Notes: a model not told the origin generated them from the letters alone. A stretch of 64,000 bases of DNA from an uncultured Methanomicrobiales archaeon (GCA_963758915.1 CAVWXH010000002.1:64001-128000), one strand, 5' to 3'; shown: positions 33,145 to 43,051, numbered from the stretch's first letter. A program made the numbers and translations.

Positions 33145-33864
33145 TTATTTCTTTGAGCCGGCGGCCCCTACAATCACACTGACTGACTGGGCGAACTCAT
33201 TGATCATCTCTGCAGGGATCCCGATGACCATCTCGTCGTCGGAGATACCCGAAAATTTCCTGGAGCCATCACACCCAAGGGAAAAATTGGGTTTTCCTGA
33301 GAGGTATGGCAATGCGGCTGCATCCGAACAGACTGACTGGATACCTGCGAAGGAACCAACAACCCGCCCGCCCAGCCTGAACAACGAACTCTGGGCAAGT
33401 TTCAGCATGGCCCAGGGACTTGCCATGATAATTACCACGTGGGGCGTGAAGGGTGTTTTCTCAAGCGGGGCATACAACGTGGCGTACGTCTCTCCGGACT
33501 GAAGGTGGGGGATCTGGTCAATAGTCCGTTTACATGCGGCGGCGCTGTTGAACTTTCCAAGTTTGAAATAGAAGTCCCCTGTTTTCAGGGTCGGGGTGAT
33601 CTCCCTGAGGCCTAGTGCCCACGCGCCACCGTTACATTCATGTTTTGAAACCGGCGAATAGAAAATACGTCCTTCCTTCCTGGCAAGGTTCACCATCATG
33701 CAATGTCGTATGGTCTTATCGAGTTCTTCAATCCCGGGCGGGATATCATCCTTTGTTGCGGCAAATCTGACTGCAACCGGAGACCCTGTCAGTTTCAGGG
33801 CATTTTTCAGGATTTCAGAGGACTCAGCATAATTAATCGGGATTTTCATGGCATCGTTCGTCAT
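33145..33864 (-). CDS. DUF169 family protein
   Basis: L.L.GSPVAV, RHC, C.GG..ALG, QSVCSD, SLGCDGSR, E..IGIP. Confidence 0.85.
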   Translation of the reverse strand: MTNDAMKIPINYAESSEILKNALKLTGSPVAVRFAATKDDIPPGIEELDKTIRHCMMVNLARKEGRIFYSPVSKHECNGGAWALGLREITPTLKTGDFYFKLGKFNSAAACKRTIDQIPHLQSGETYATLYAPLEKTPFTPHVVIIMASPWAMLKLAQSSLFRLGGRVVGSFAGIQSVCSDAAALPYLSGKPNFSLGCDGSRKFSGISDDEMVIGIPAEMINEFAQSVSVIVGAAGSKK

Positions 33865-33903
33865 TAGTACCAGGTTCCTTGACCCTATCGGTGGATCCTA
33901 ATC

Positions 33904-33930
33904 ACTCATATGCGCATAATTATTAAAAAG
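33904..33930 (-). promoter_or_regulatory. DUF169 promoter with the identical 16-bp operator
   Basis: ACTCATATGCGCATAA at 33904-33919 equals 33066-33081, again adjacent to a minus-strand TATA (TTTAATAA). Confidence 0.7.
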
Positions 33931-33943
33931 AGTATGATGATAC

Positions 33944-34354
33944 TCAGACCGGTTGTTCAGTACCGGTCATTTCCTGCCCCGGTTTTCTGGTATCACTGGC
34001 ACAGTTACACGGGCACTGGCCGCGGGCAGCTTTCTGGCATCCTGCTATTTCAATTCCTTTTCCATTGACGAGTGCATCGGCAATTTTGCGCCGCACTTCC
34101 TGGAGGTCACGCCAGGCAGTCTTTCGTGAGACGCCGAGTTTTTGTGCGGCCTCTTCCTGTTCCAGCCCCTCGATATCAATGAGCCGGACCAGTTCAATTT
34201 CCTCAGGGGTTAGTGAGATCACCGCCGGGTTTTCGTCCAGTGAACACCTTGGCTGGAAACACCGTGATTCAGGACTTCCTGATATCATCCGGCGAACCCG
34301 CGGCCTCCCACGCCGGTGACATACTTCCTCCGGAATTATTGGGTTATCAGTCAT
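33944..34354 (-). CDS. DUF134 family predicted DNA-binding protein
   Basis: GRPR..R, F.P, LT.EE.E..RL.D.EGL.QEEAA..LGVSR.T...R.KIADALV.GK.I.I.G. Confidence 0.88.
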   Translation of the reverse strand: MTDNPIIPEEVCHRRGRPRVRRMISGSPESRCFQPRCSLDENPAVISLTPEEIELVRLIDIEGLEQEEAAQKLGVSRKTAWRDLQEVRRKIADALVNGKGIEIAGCQKAARGQCPCNCASDTRKPGQEMTGTEQPV

Positions 34355-34425
34355 GGTTTTGTCCTGCCTGCTATGGGGACGGTTGTTATCCTGATATAAT
34401 TTGTCAGGTATTAACATGAGGCTTT

Positions 34426-34623
34426 CTGACTGTTGAAAACCCGTCCTGGTAAGGCACCCGGCCTGGCCATCCGGGATCCCTGTCAGGGATATTTCAGGGA
34501 TAATAAAGATTATCCCCTATCCCAACCAGCGACGCCAAAGCGGTTGGGCGTAGCCTCTGGAACGTGATTAAATGTCAGGACAGGCAAATTTACACATTAG
34601 ATTGAGTGGCTTTCAACAAATCC
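34426..34623 (+). mobile_element. Internally deleted MITE copy
   Basis: TGTTGAAAACCC left end, CTATCCCAACCAGCGACGCCAAAGCGG core, TTTCAACAAATCC right end; no target duplication. Confidence 0.65.
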
Positions 34624-34691
34624 ATCCATTTCACAACATAGCAGGAACAACCGGGATAACCCCAATTGGCTGTTCCATCGTACACGGCAGA

Positions 34692-35744
34692 TCACTGCAT
34701 GAACCGGTATTCACCTTCGGGCACGGTTATCACAAACCTGGCCCCTTTCCCCGGCTGACCGTTCTCTTTTATCGATAATCCTGTTATTCCAAGGATTTCA
34801 CGGCTGAGGAACAGGCCGAACCCGGTATTTTTCCCAAATCCCTTATTGAAGATCCGCTCCTTGTCCTCATCAGCCACCCCTGCCCCGTTATCCTCATACA
34901 CAATACACAATTCGTTATTGCCGGATTTCTGATAAGAGAAACGGATAAGGGAGACATGTTCTCCATGCCTGAGTGAATTGTCAACCAGGTTCCCGAAGAC
35001 CTTTTCAAGCATCGGGTCTCCGTACACCTCCAGAGACCCCAGGTCATTAGTCAGCCGGATATCGTGCAGGGGTGTCATTGATAGTATTGTTTCGATGTAC
35101 CGGGCGATGTTCTGCCATTGCGGAGCCTGGACACCGATATCCTGGTAATCCTTGGTAAAGGCAATCTGGCGGCGGATGATATTCGCTGCGTTCTCGCTTT
35201 TCTCTAAAAAATTAATAACTTCCGTATCTGTAATTCTCTCCCTGGCGAGGTCAAGGTACCCGATCAGGACCGTCAGCTGGTTAAAAATATCATGCCTGGT
35301 AATGTTCGAGAGAAGGTTTAATTTTTTATTCGCAGTTTCAAATGCCTGCTGTGATGCATGCAATTTCGCATTCCGATCGACAACCTCAATATGACTGGTA
35401 ATCCTGTAATCAGAAAGAGTTCCTACAACCAATGCCACGATAAACAACATAGTGGCCCGTATCAGTGATTCGAAAGGAAATATCCCCGTGATGTAGATTG
35501 CAACAATTACCTGAAGACCCCCGAATAATAACGCAACCCAGATAGCCTTTTTTCCATACCAGAGTCCGGCAACAACGACAATGAGGTAGAAAAACTGGGT
35601 GTATACTACCGTGATATGGAGATAATAATGGAGGGTAAATTCAAGGAACAGTCCGGTTGCGACGAGCAGGGCAAAAACATACGGCTGGGCGCTGCTCGTG
35701 CTGGTAAGCCACGATTCTCCGGATGCTGGTTCCTTGTCTGTCAT
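34692..35744 (-). CDS. Membrane-bound histidine kinase
   Basis: About four TM helices, TRHDIFNQL, NLVDNS, EDNGAG, TGFGLF. Confidence 0.9.
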   Translation of the reverse strand: MTDKEPASGESWLTSTSSAQPYVFALLVATGLFLEFTLHYYLHITVVYTQFFYLIVVVAGLWYGKKAIWVALLFGGLQVIVAIYITGIFPFESLIRATMLFIVALVVGTLSDYRITSHIEVVDRNAKLHASQQAFETANKKLNLLSNITRHDIFNQLTVLIGYLDLARERITDTEVINFLEKSENAANIIRRQIAFTKDYQDIGVQAPQWQNIARYIETILSMTPLHDIRLTNDLGSLEVYGDPMLEKVFGNLVDNSLRHGEHVSLIRFSYQKSGNNELCIVYEDNGAGVADEDKERIFNKGFGKNTGFGLFLSREILGITGLSIKENGQPGKGARFVITVPEGEYRFMQ

Positions 35745-35954
35745 AAATCTCCAATTCCACTGATATTCAGGATAAAGCCCGATAAATTAACATGAGAAAG
35801 GATAATATTTATTATTCACTGCTTTTTGGACATTATTTCGTGCTCCCTTATTTCTGACCTCATTTACTATCTTCTGAACTATTGAGCGTACCCGGATTGG
35901 GTAACGGAGCGGACCCATGCAGTGATTTGGATGTAACCCCCATGGCAATTCCGT

Positions 35955-36512
35955 CTATTCACCTTCTTTTTTATTCATCCTGTCGTATGAGGAGATTAAA
36001 TATTTTGAGTGTTCCGATAATTTCCTGGTCTGCTCCGAGACACGGACCGGGTCGATTGTTGCGTCGATCAGGATGTCAAAACTGATCTCGTTTATCCAGT
36101 TGGCCTTCTCGAACATACTCATGAAACAGACCCCGATTACTGCTGAGTCCTTGTGGCGTGCAAGCATACGTTTTGCATCACCGACGGTTACCGGGACGTT
36201 AGGCATGGCGAGCCCTCCCATAATGACCTGTGCACCGGGGATGAGCACCATGTGGTCTGGTGAGATCTGCATGCCAACCCCTTCCACGAATATTATTTTT
36301 TTTGCCTGTTCTTCTTTAAAATATGGGACATAGACCTGTTCAAGCCCGAGCCCGCGGACGGCGAATGCCAGTAGTTCAATAAACGGGGTGCAGGTGCCGG
36401 GTACACCGTAATACACTATCTGGTCTCCTTTTCCAAACTTGTTCGTTTCAAGGTACTGCTTAAAAGGGCGGAGTATTCCCGGGACTCCTTTCTGGGGGCT
36501 TTGGTCACTCAT
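35955..36512 (-). CDS. DUF2124-like methanogen protein
   Basis: LRPFK, G.PGTCTPFIELL, MGGLAMP, GVCFMSMF...W...I.FD..IDA. Confidence 0.75.
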   Translation of the reverse strand: MSDQSPQKGVPGILRPFKQYLETNKFGKGDQIVYYGVPGTCTPFIELLAFAVRGLGLEQVYVPYFKEEQAKKIIFVEGVGMQISPDHMVLIPGAQVIMGGLAMPNVPVTVGDAKRMLARHKDSAVIGVCFMSMFEKANWINEISFDILIDATIDPVRVSEQTRKLSEHSKYLISSYDRMNKKEGE

Positions 36513-36583
36513 CTTTGTCACGTAAAAGAGGATCGCACTTGCCGGGACTTAATAATGGTGGTTTTACAAATGCGATAACGCCA

Positions 36584-37438
36584 TTACCATTCGAGAGCCA
36601 TTCCAACACCGGCTTCCTTAACAGGGCATTGTTCAGCGAGGAATATTTTCGAGGACAACGAGGTGCAATGGCAGGCATAAAGGGCATGTAACCGGAGACA
36701 ATGCAAATATTCGCGTGTTTTTTCCAATACGGGTGGATTTGGAGTAAGGAGGTGGAGCCCGCCGATAATGTCAACCACACGATCTTCGTGGCATATGGTT
36801 CGCGCTGTCTCCACAATGTTGCAGATCCCTGCATGGGAGCACCCGGTAATAACAACGAGGCCCTCGCTGGTCTTCAATGCTAGTGCAGAATCGTCCCGGA
36901 TGAGATCGGGTCCGGTTCTCCCATCAGGCATGAGTATCTTCCTTGTACCCGGTTCATGGGCTTCAAATGCATGTTTTTGCTCAATTTGTCCCAGAAAAAC
37001 CAGGTCATCAGTGATCCAGTATGGTTTTTTCGTGGTAATCATGGTGAAGTGCCGCCCCATCTCTTCTTCAGAAACCAGGGAACCAATGTTCGGGATGGGG
37101 AATTTCGGACGTGGGTAGAAACAAAACGGGTGGGAAAGTATTTCCGGCACTTTATGGGGGATATTCTCTAACATTGCCCCGGTAAGGTACCGGATGAACG
37201 CCGGTATTCCACCGGTATGGTCGAGGTGCCCATGTGAGAAGACGATCATGTCGAGATCAAGGAGACTGATCCCCATCTTCCGGGCATTCTGAATGAACAG
37301 ATCAGAATAACCGGTATCGAACAGGATGTTCTTTCCGGCAGTCCGGATGAGGAAAGAAAGACCGGGCTCACCTGAAAAATAATGGTCAGTAATGGTGTTA
37401 TTGTCTGCCAGCACGGTGAGTGACGCCTGCGGTGTCAT
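36584..37438 (-). CDS. MBL-fold metallo-hydrolase
   Basis: LTVLADN, GE.GLS, LFDTG, SHGHLDHTGG, TGCSHAG, GGLHL, ACHCT; the ORF-track 5' extension is antisense to the YHS gene. Confidence 0.88.
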   Translation of the reverse strand: MTPQASLTVLADNNTITDHYFSGEPGLSFLIRTAGKNILFDTGYSDLFIQNARKMGISLLDLDMIVFSHGHLDHTGGIPAFIRYLTGAMLENIPHKVPEILSHPFCFYPRPKFPIPNIGSLVSEEEMGRHFTMITTKKPYWITDDLVFLGQIEQKHAFEAHEPGTRKILMPDGRTGPDLIRDDSALALKTSEGLVVITGCSHAGICNIVETARTICHEDRVVDIIGGLHLLTPNPPVLEKTREYLHCLRLHALYACHCTSLSSKIFLAEQCPVKEAGVGMALEW

Positions 37439-37585
37439 ATATCCTGATTCATAAGCAATCAGATAGACCTTTGCTTTAATTGTCACACATGGGTGGTCTA
37501 CCCTGGCATAGTATGTCTCGTCCATTCCCTGACGAACACGTATATATGGGGTATGACAGAAGTGGATACCTGAGGTATAGTGAGA

Positions 37586-37726
37586 ATGGCTATTGATCCG
37601 ATCTGCAGGATGACTGTGGATGAAAAGACCGCGAAACTGGTCAGCGAGTACAAGGGGAAGAATTATTATTTCTGTGCCCCGGGCTGCAAGAAGAAGTTTG
37701 ACACTGACCCTGAAAAGTATATATGA
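37586..37726 (+). CDS. Stand-alone YHS/TRASH-domain protein (46 aa)
   Basis: Not in the ORF track: MAIDPICRMTVDEKTAKLVSEYKGKNYYFCAPGCKKKFDTDPEKYI*, with GAGG upstream. Confidence 0.9.
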   Translation: MAIDPICRMTVDEKTAKLVSEYKGKNYYFCAPGCKKKFDTDPEKYI

Positions 37727-37811
37727 AAAACGGCGCATGGCGGGTTCCTGGTGACCCGGGACCAATTTTTCTTTTATTGGCAGATATATATACAATAACC
37801 ATGCGATAGTT

Positions 37812-38360
37812 TTGTGGAATGAGGTGGTACTGATACTTGAATTATTGACCCAGGCGATATGGTCGCCATATATCGCAGGAGCAGGCATTGGTATTCTCGT
37901 CTGTCTTGCGTTGCTTCTCTCGAACAGAGCTATAGGCTGTTCATCAGGTTACGTCAAGGCCGGGGGACTGATTGAAAAGTCGATCAGTCCGGCCCGTGTT
38001 GAAAAGCAGGAGTATTACCGCGAAATTGTCCCCGAAGTTGACTGGGCATTCATGCTCATCCCGGGTATCGTGATCGGGGCGTTCATCGCATCTATGCTCT
38101 CCGGGCAGTTCCAGTTCATTATTGTCCCGGCGACATGGAGCGCAACGTTTGGCAACACCCCGGTACTCCGGATCATTGTTGCGATACTTGGCGGGGCCCT
38201 CCTGGGCTTCGGTGCCCGATGGGCCGGAGGATGCACGTCTGGTCATGGGATAAGCGGTTCCATCCAGCTCTCGCTGGCCAGCATAATTTCCGCAGCATGT
38301 TTCTTCGCAGGCGGCATCGCGATGGCCATGTTCCTGTTTTATGTGATCGGGGGAGCTTAA
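37812..38360 (+). CDS. YeeE/YedE sulfur-compound transporter subunit
   Basis: WSPY.AG, IGCS, GFGARWAGGCTSGHG.SG. Confidence 0.88.
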   Translation: MWNEVVLILELLTQAIWSPYIAGAGIGILVCLALLLSNRAIGCSSGYVKAGGLIEKSISPARVEKQEYYREIVPEVDWAFMLIPGIVIGAFIASMLSGQFQFIIVPATWSATFGNTPVLRIIVAILGGALLGFGARWAGGCTSGHGISGSIQLSLASIISAACFFAGGIAMAMFLFYVIGGA

Positions 38361-38927
38361 ATGGGCGAATTATTTACCGGTATTCACAAGGACCGGGGCC
38401 TCCAGGTAATCCTCGGTCTCCTGTTTGGGATCATGTTCGGGTTCCTGCTCCAGAAAAGCGGGGTGACCAGTTACGACGTGATTATTGCCCAGCTGCTTCT
38501 CACTAATTTCACCGTGATGAAAGTGATGCTCTCCGCTGTCATCGTGGGGATGATCGGCCTTGCACTCCTGAAACATTATGGTTATGCACAGCCTCACCCG
38601 GCATCCGGGACTATTGGTTCGAACGTTATAGGGGGGCTTATATTTGGACTCGGGTTCGCCCTGCTCGGTTATTGCCCGGGAACGGTAGCTGGTGCGGTAG
38701 GGACGGGTGCAATTGATGCCCTGATCGGTGGTGTGGTGGGAATCCTGGCCGGCATCATCATTTTTGTCAGGGTATACCCGAAAATCAGGGGCGGTATCCT
38801 GAGTAAAGGCCCTCTTCCTGCCGTAACCGTGCAGGAATTCCTCAGGCTCAATATGTGGCTGACGATCGTTATTATGGAAGCGGTAATGATCGGGTTCCTG
38901 CTGCTGCTCGAATACCTTGGATACTGA
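38361..38927 (+). CDS. YeeE/YedE sulfur-compound transporter subunit
   Basis: G..FGFLLQK, GGLIFGLG..L.GYCPGT. Confidence 0.88.
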   Translation: MGELFTGIHKDRGLQVILGLLFGIMFGFLLQKSGVTSYDVIIAQLLLTNFTVMKVMLSAVIVGMIGLALLKHYGYAQPHPASGTIGSNVIGGLIFGLGFALLGYCPGTVAGAVGTGAIDALIGGVVGILAGIIIFVRVYPKIRGGILSKGPLPAVTVQEFLRLNMWLTIVIMEAVMIGFLLLLEYLGY

Positions 38928-39404
38928 GCTTCGATAAGCTGATGGTGGTGGAACAACCCGGGATGCCTTTTTTTACGAAAATCACGGGTCCGGATCCCGG
39001 AATTATAAATTTCTGCGGCTTTCTGCCTGCCGGTTTTTTGGACCGGACCTTCCGGTTTTTCACACAACCGCAATTTGCTGGTCACTGGTGAGGTGCGGTG
39101 AACCTGCATGTGATGATTGATATGCCGTGATACCCGCTGCCCTGTTGATGACAGGGCCCGCACCGCATGGTGTAAAGATCCTTTCAGTCCCGTTCCTGAT
39201 ACCTGCCTGACCTGCGGGCCCCCAAGCCTGCAGCAGCAGGGATATAGCGGTTCAGCAGTTTAATTTTTTCAGCCGATGGTAATATCAAAGGGTTCCGGGT
39301 TCAAGAGTTCGATAACAAATCCCGGCCTGGCAAAAAAAAGATATCCGGGATCTCACCTTCTCTGGTAACTATTATCCGGAATTATCTCAAGATATTGTCA
39401 TGAT

Positions 39405-40598
39405 ATGCAGGAACTGGTCCCTTTTCGTGAACTTGAAGAACGGATGAGGCGGTTTATCGATCTGATGGACAGGAAAAACCCGTCCTGGGAAACCGCATGC
39501 ATCTTCGGAAAACTCAACCAGTATTATTTTACCGGCACCATGCAGGACGGAATGCTGTACATCCCAAGAAAAAGCCAGCCGGTATACTTCGTGCGGAGGA
39601 GTTACGAACGGGCAGTTAAAGAGTCTAAGTTTCCGGACATAAGGCCGATGAACAGTTTCCGCGACGCGGCCAATGATACCGGCCCCTGCTCCGGTACCGT
39701 GTACCTTGAGATGGAACGTGTCCCTCTTGCATTATATTCGAGGTTTTTGAAATATTTCCCGTTCAGGGACGCAAAACCTCTGGACCTGCAGGTATCAGAG
39801 GTGAGGGCTGTGAAAAGTGCGTTCGAACTGGCACTCCTCGAAAAGGCGGGGAAACAGCACCGTTACGTCCTTGAAGACCGTGTCCCGGCTCTTCTGGGCG
39901 CGGGCATGAGCGAGGCCAATCTTGGAGGTGAATTATATGCAGAAATGGTGCGGGAGGGCCATCACGGTATTGTCAGGTTCGGCATGTTTGATACCGAGAT
40001 CATCATCGGGCAGCTGGGGTTTGGTGAGAGCTCGCTATATCCTACGTATTTCGATGGTCCGGGTGGTGCCTATGGCATGGGTCCTGCGGCGCCGGTGCTC
40101 GGCAGCAGGGACCGGCTGCTTGCTTCCGGGGACCTGGTCTTTATTGATACCGGATTCGGTGTCGACGGGTACCATACCGACAAGACGATGACCTACATGT
40201 TCGGATCACCGATTCCGGGCCATGCAGTCGAAGCCCATCACCGGTGTGTTGAGATACAGGACGAGATCGCATCTCTCCTGAAACCCGGTAATCCGCCTTC
40301 AACGATATACTCTGCCATCATGGACGGCCTTGACGAGGACTTCATGAAAAACTTCATGGGCTTTGGCGACCGGAGGGTCCGGTTTCTCGGCCATGGTGTC
40401 GGGCTGCAGGTTGACGAACTGCCGGTAATTTCACGTGGGTTTGACGAACCGCTGCAGGAAGGCATGGTCTTTGCCGTTGAGCCCAAAAAGGGTATACCCG
40501 GGGTAGGGATGGTGGGAATTGAGAATACCTATATTGTCACCCCGGGTGGGGGCAGGTGTATCACCGGCGATAGCAAAGGGCTGATCCCGGTCTTCTGA
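39405..40598 (+). CDS. M24 (Xaa-Pro) peptidase family protein
   Basis: Creatinase-like N domain; [30 protein letters not shown]. Confidence 0.88.
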   Translation: MQELVPFRELEERMRRFIDLMDRKNPSWETACIFGKLNQYYFTGTMQDGMLYIPRKSQPVYFVRRSYERAVKESKFPDIRPMNSFRDAANDTGPCSGTVYLEMERVPLALYSRFLKYFPFRDAKPLDLQVSEVRAVKSAFELALLEKAGKQHRYVLEDRVPALLGAGMSEANLGGELYAEMVREGHHGIVRFGMFDTEIIIGQLGFGESSLYPTYFDGPGGAYGMGPAAPVLGSRDRLLASGDLVFIDTGFGVDGYHTDKTMTYMFGSPIPGHAVEAHHRCVEIQDEIASLLKPGNPPSTIYSAIMDGLDEDFMKNFMGFGDRRVRFLGHGVGLQVDELPVISRGFDEPLQEGMVFAVEPKKGIPGVGMVGIENTYIVTPGGGRCITGDSKGLIPVF

Positions 40599-40859
40599 AC
40601 GAGCTTCCTATTCCCTGACCCGGGAAATAAAAAAACCTTTTTCGACTAATCCGGTCTGGAACACCACACAATTCCCCTATCCCCACCAGACCTTGGCTTA
40701 CCCGTCTTTTTGGTTCCAGAAAATACCGGTTTTCACCTGTACCTCCTCACGTCACTATGCCACGTCACCAGATGCCGCAAATCCCATAAAATGACTCAAT
40801 TTAAGCCCTGATTCCCAACCCCGCCTAATGACTATCCTCCCCTATCTGCCACCATAGTA

Positions 40860-40879
40860 TGCCCTTCGGATGAAGGGCA
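40860..40879 (+). promoter_or_regulatory. Stem-loop abutting the RBS of the cassette's first gene
   Basis: TGCCCTTC-GGAT-GAAGGGCA (8-bp perfect stem), followed directly by GGAG and ATG at 40894. Confidence 0.6.
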
Positions 40880-40893
40880 GGAGTATCAGCAAC

Positions 40894-41397
40894 ATGGCAG
40901 ATTTTATTCAAAAAGCAAATGTCAAGCGTTCGGTCCGTGACCTTACGACACCGATCCCTGACGTCGCAACACTGAACACCCTTGTACAGGGTGCTATCGA
41001 CACAAACGCATTCCAGTGCGTGGATTTCACCAGGTCCGGGGTAACCGTCCCCGGCATGACAAGGGGCACCGAGTCCTACACGGTGAAGGTCATCTACGAG
41101 GACGGGAATGCAAAAAATGTCGGGAACACCTCGGCAAAAGCAAAGACCGTTGCAGGTCTTAACGCTGCAGCAGCGGCGATCCTCGCCGATAATGCACTTT
41201 CGGCCGCGATTGGAGGCACTGCACTTCGGGATGCCCAGAATGAAAGTTACTCGGTGTCCGTAAAATGCCACGACCCGAACGGCGAGGACTACATGGTCAC
41301 CTTCACCAGGAAGAACATCACGGTCTCCACCTACGAGGACAACGCAATTGTCGCCCGCGTGAACACCTGGGCGAACACAAAGCCCGCTCTTGCATAA
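40894..41397 (+). CDS. Hypothetical 167-aa protein with internal duplication
   Basis: RBS AGGAG; MADFIQKANVK...TWANTKPALA; repeated ESYTVKVIYEDGN / ESYSVSVKCHDPN segments. Confidence 0.8.
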   Translation: MADFIQKANVKRSVRDLTTPIPDVATLNTLVQGAIDTNAFQCVDFTRSGVTVPGMTRGTESYTVKVIYEDGNAKNVGNTSAKAKTVAGLNAAAAAILADNALSAAIGGTALRDAQNESYSVSVKCHDPNGEDYMVTFTRKNITVSTYEDNAIVARVNTWANTKPALA

Positions 41398-41542
41398 GGG
41401 GGCAACAGGCAGGATACCGGGTTTTACTTCCCACCTCACCTTTTTCGACCCGGCAGGACCTGCGGGCACCGCATGGATCCGGGCAGGAATACCGGGCGAG
41501 GGGGTACCCCGCCCCACCCCCAAATTTCGGGAGATTTTTGGA

Positions 41543-41713
41543 ATGGACCTGGAAACAACCGCTCTTATCCTAGGCGTTGTGCTCCCGCTCTATCCTGCAC
41601 TTTTTGCAGTCTACGAGAAGATTGGAAAGTACGAGGTAATTTGCGCGGAATTTACAGCGCTACTAAAAGAGCATGAACAAATGAAGGAGACCAGATTATG
41701 GAACAGGAATTAA
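41543..41713 (+). CDS. 56-aa single-TM protein (holin-like architecture)
   Basis: MDLETTALILGVVLPLYPALFAVYEKIG...; GGAG upstream; overlaps the next gene. Confidence 0.65.
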   Translation: MDLETTALILGVVLPLYPALFAVYEKIGKYEVICAEFTALLKEHEQMKETRLWNRN

Positions 41714-42090
41714 CCAACCTCATTGAGATCCTGATTACACTCGCTGCTGCATTGATTGCATACGTGCAGCACCGGAACGCAACGAAAGCAACCGCTGAAA
41801 CTCAGCAGGCACAGCTTACTACAAAACAGGTACTCAGCTACTTCGATGCGACTGATGACACGGTCACCGCTGCACCGGAAATGGTTCCGGGAAGATCCTG
41901 GAAAATGACGGACAGCACGAAGCGCTGGCTCACGTTCGACCATTCAACGGCCGAGCAGGAAAGCCTGCTCCGCCAGGTGGCAGAGGCCGAATCAGAACGG
42001 CTGGACAGGTATACGATTAGGGTCCCGTCTGCCTGGTATGATATCGAATACGGGCTGATCAAGGGCTCGGGAAAGACAGGGGTATTATGA
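41698..42090 (+). CDS. 130-aa protein with N-terminal TM anchor
   Basis: AAGGAG RBS; LIEILITLAAALIAYV; RSWKM..STKRWL, YDIEYGLIKGSG. Confidence 0.8.
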   Translation: MEQELTNLIEILITLAAALIAYVQHRNATKATAETQQAQLTTKQVLSYFDATDDTVTAAPEMVPGRSWKMTDSTKRWLTFDHSTAEQESLLRQVAEAESERLDRYTIRVPSAWYDIEYGLIKGSGKTGVL

Positions 42091-42857
42091 ACCGCATGAC
42101 GAAAAGGAGGAAATTAGTCATTGGCGGCTGTATTTTCGTGGCAATTGTGGCAGGGCTGGCAATTACCGCAGTCCCGGCCCAGGCTGCAGCAATCGGTGTT
42201 TCCTTCATGGGAAACTCTGACCAGTCTCTCGTCGGTTCTTCTGATATGACATGGACCGTATCAAACGGAGACCTAACGAAGGTACCTCCGCTTGCTATAG
42301 GGCAGGAAGTACTTAGCGGTGGTTACCATGACAGTTTCATCCTCACCGGTCCTTCGCAGTATGAGAGCTCACAGGTGCTGAATAATTCGGATATCGTCCA
42401 CGCTGGAACAATGAGCCAGGTGCAGTCCTCAGGGCCCGGCCTTTACGAGGAGAGTATGATGCTCTGTTCTGCCGGTGCAGCGGCTGCAGGCGTAACCTGT
42501 GGTGCAGAATCGCTCGATGCAGAGGGGGCGAACTTCACTGCTACGCCGTATTGTGAGACCGCGATCACCGAATCGCTGTTTATGACCAACGACCTGCATT
42601 ATCGATCGGTGGGATCTATTGCCCAGGCGGACCTTGAAATTCCGGACACGTTCACCTTCACTGCAATCGGGTCTGGTTCGGGAATGGGATCGATGAGCTT
42701 CGGTTCGAGGAGCCTGGCGGGGATTGGTACGACGAACGAGCTCGGTTATACGAACTCCATCAGCAAGGAACTCTTGGCCAACGGCCGGTTTAACATCGGG
42801 GAGGATGTACGGTGGACGTCGTTCTCGAAGACCTTTGATATCAGGGAAGGACCCTGA
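42087..42857 (+). CDS. Secreted beta-rich protein, distant sheath-protein (MspA-like) homolog
   Basis: Signal peptide; WTVSNG..VPPL..GQ, EESMML.SAG and C...PYC motifs resemble the Methanomicrobiales sheath family (from recollection). Confidence 0.55.
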   Translation: MNRMTKRRKLVIGGCIFVAIVAGLAITAVPAQAAAIGVSFMGNSDQSLVGSSDMTWTVSNGDLTKVPPLAIGQEVLSGGYHDSFILTGPSQYESSQVLNNSDIVHAGTMSQVQSSGPGLYEESMMLCSAGAAAAGVTCGAESLDAEGANFTATPYCETAITESLFMTNDLHYRSVGSIAQADLEIPDTFTFTAIGSGSGMGSMSFGSRSLAGIGTTNELGYTNSISKELLANGRFNIGEDVRWTSFSKTFDIREGP

Positions 42858-42892
42858 ATGGGTACCATTATTCCCTGTTTTTTGTTTTTTGC

Positions 42893-43016
42893 GCTCTGGA
42901 GATCAGACCCTATCCCAACAGGGCCGCCAAAGCGGCGGGCCATAAGCCCCGGGAGCGTGACTAAATTTGGAATAACCTAAATGTACAAAATAGATTGAGA
43001 TAGTATCAACAAAGCC
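42893..43016 (+). mobile_element. Right-half MITE fragment
   Basis: CTATCCCAACAGGGCCGCCAAAGCGGCGGG...GCCCCGGGAGCGT...ATCAACAAAGCC end. Confidence 0.75.
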
Positions 43017-43051
43017 CTAAAATTCTTTTTTTCCAGAGATGTTATCTGAAA

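Noticed and set aside
37439-37888. Long N-terminal extension of the MBL ORF (similarly thiI 13475-13615 and the regulator 19495-19674)
   Set aside because: Extensions overlap other genes or repeats; family motifs start at downstream ATGs.
40600-43016. Complete provirus
   Set aside because: No integrase, terminase, replication gene or att repeats seen; kept only as an orphan cassette.
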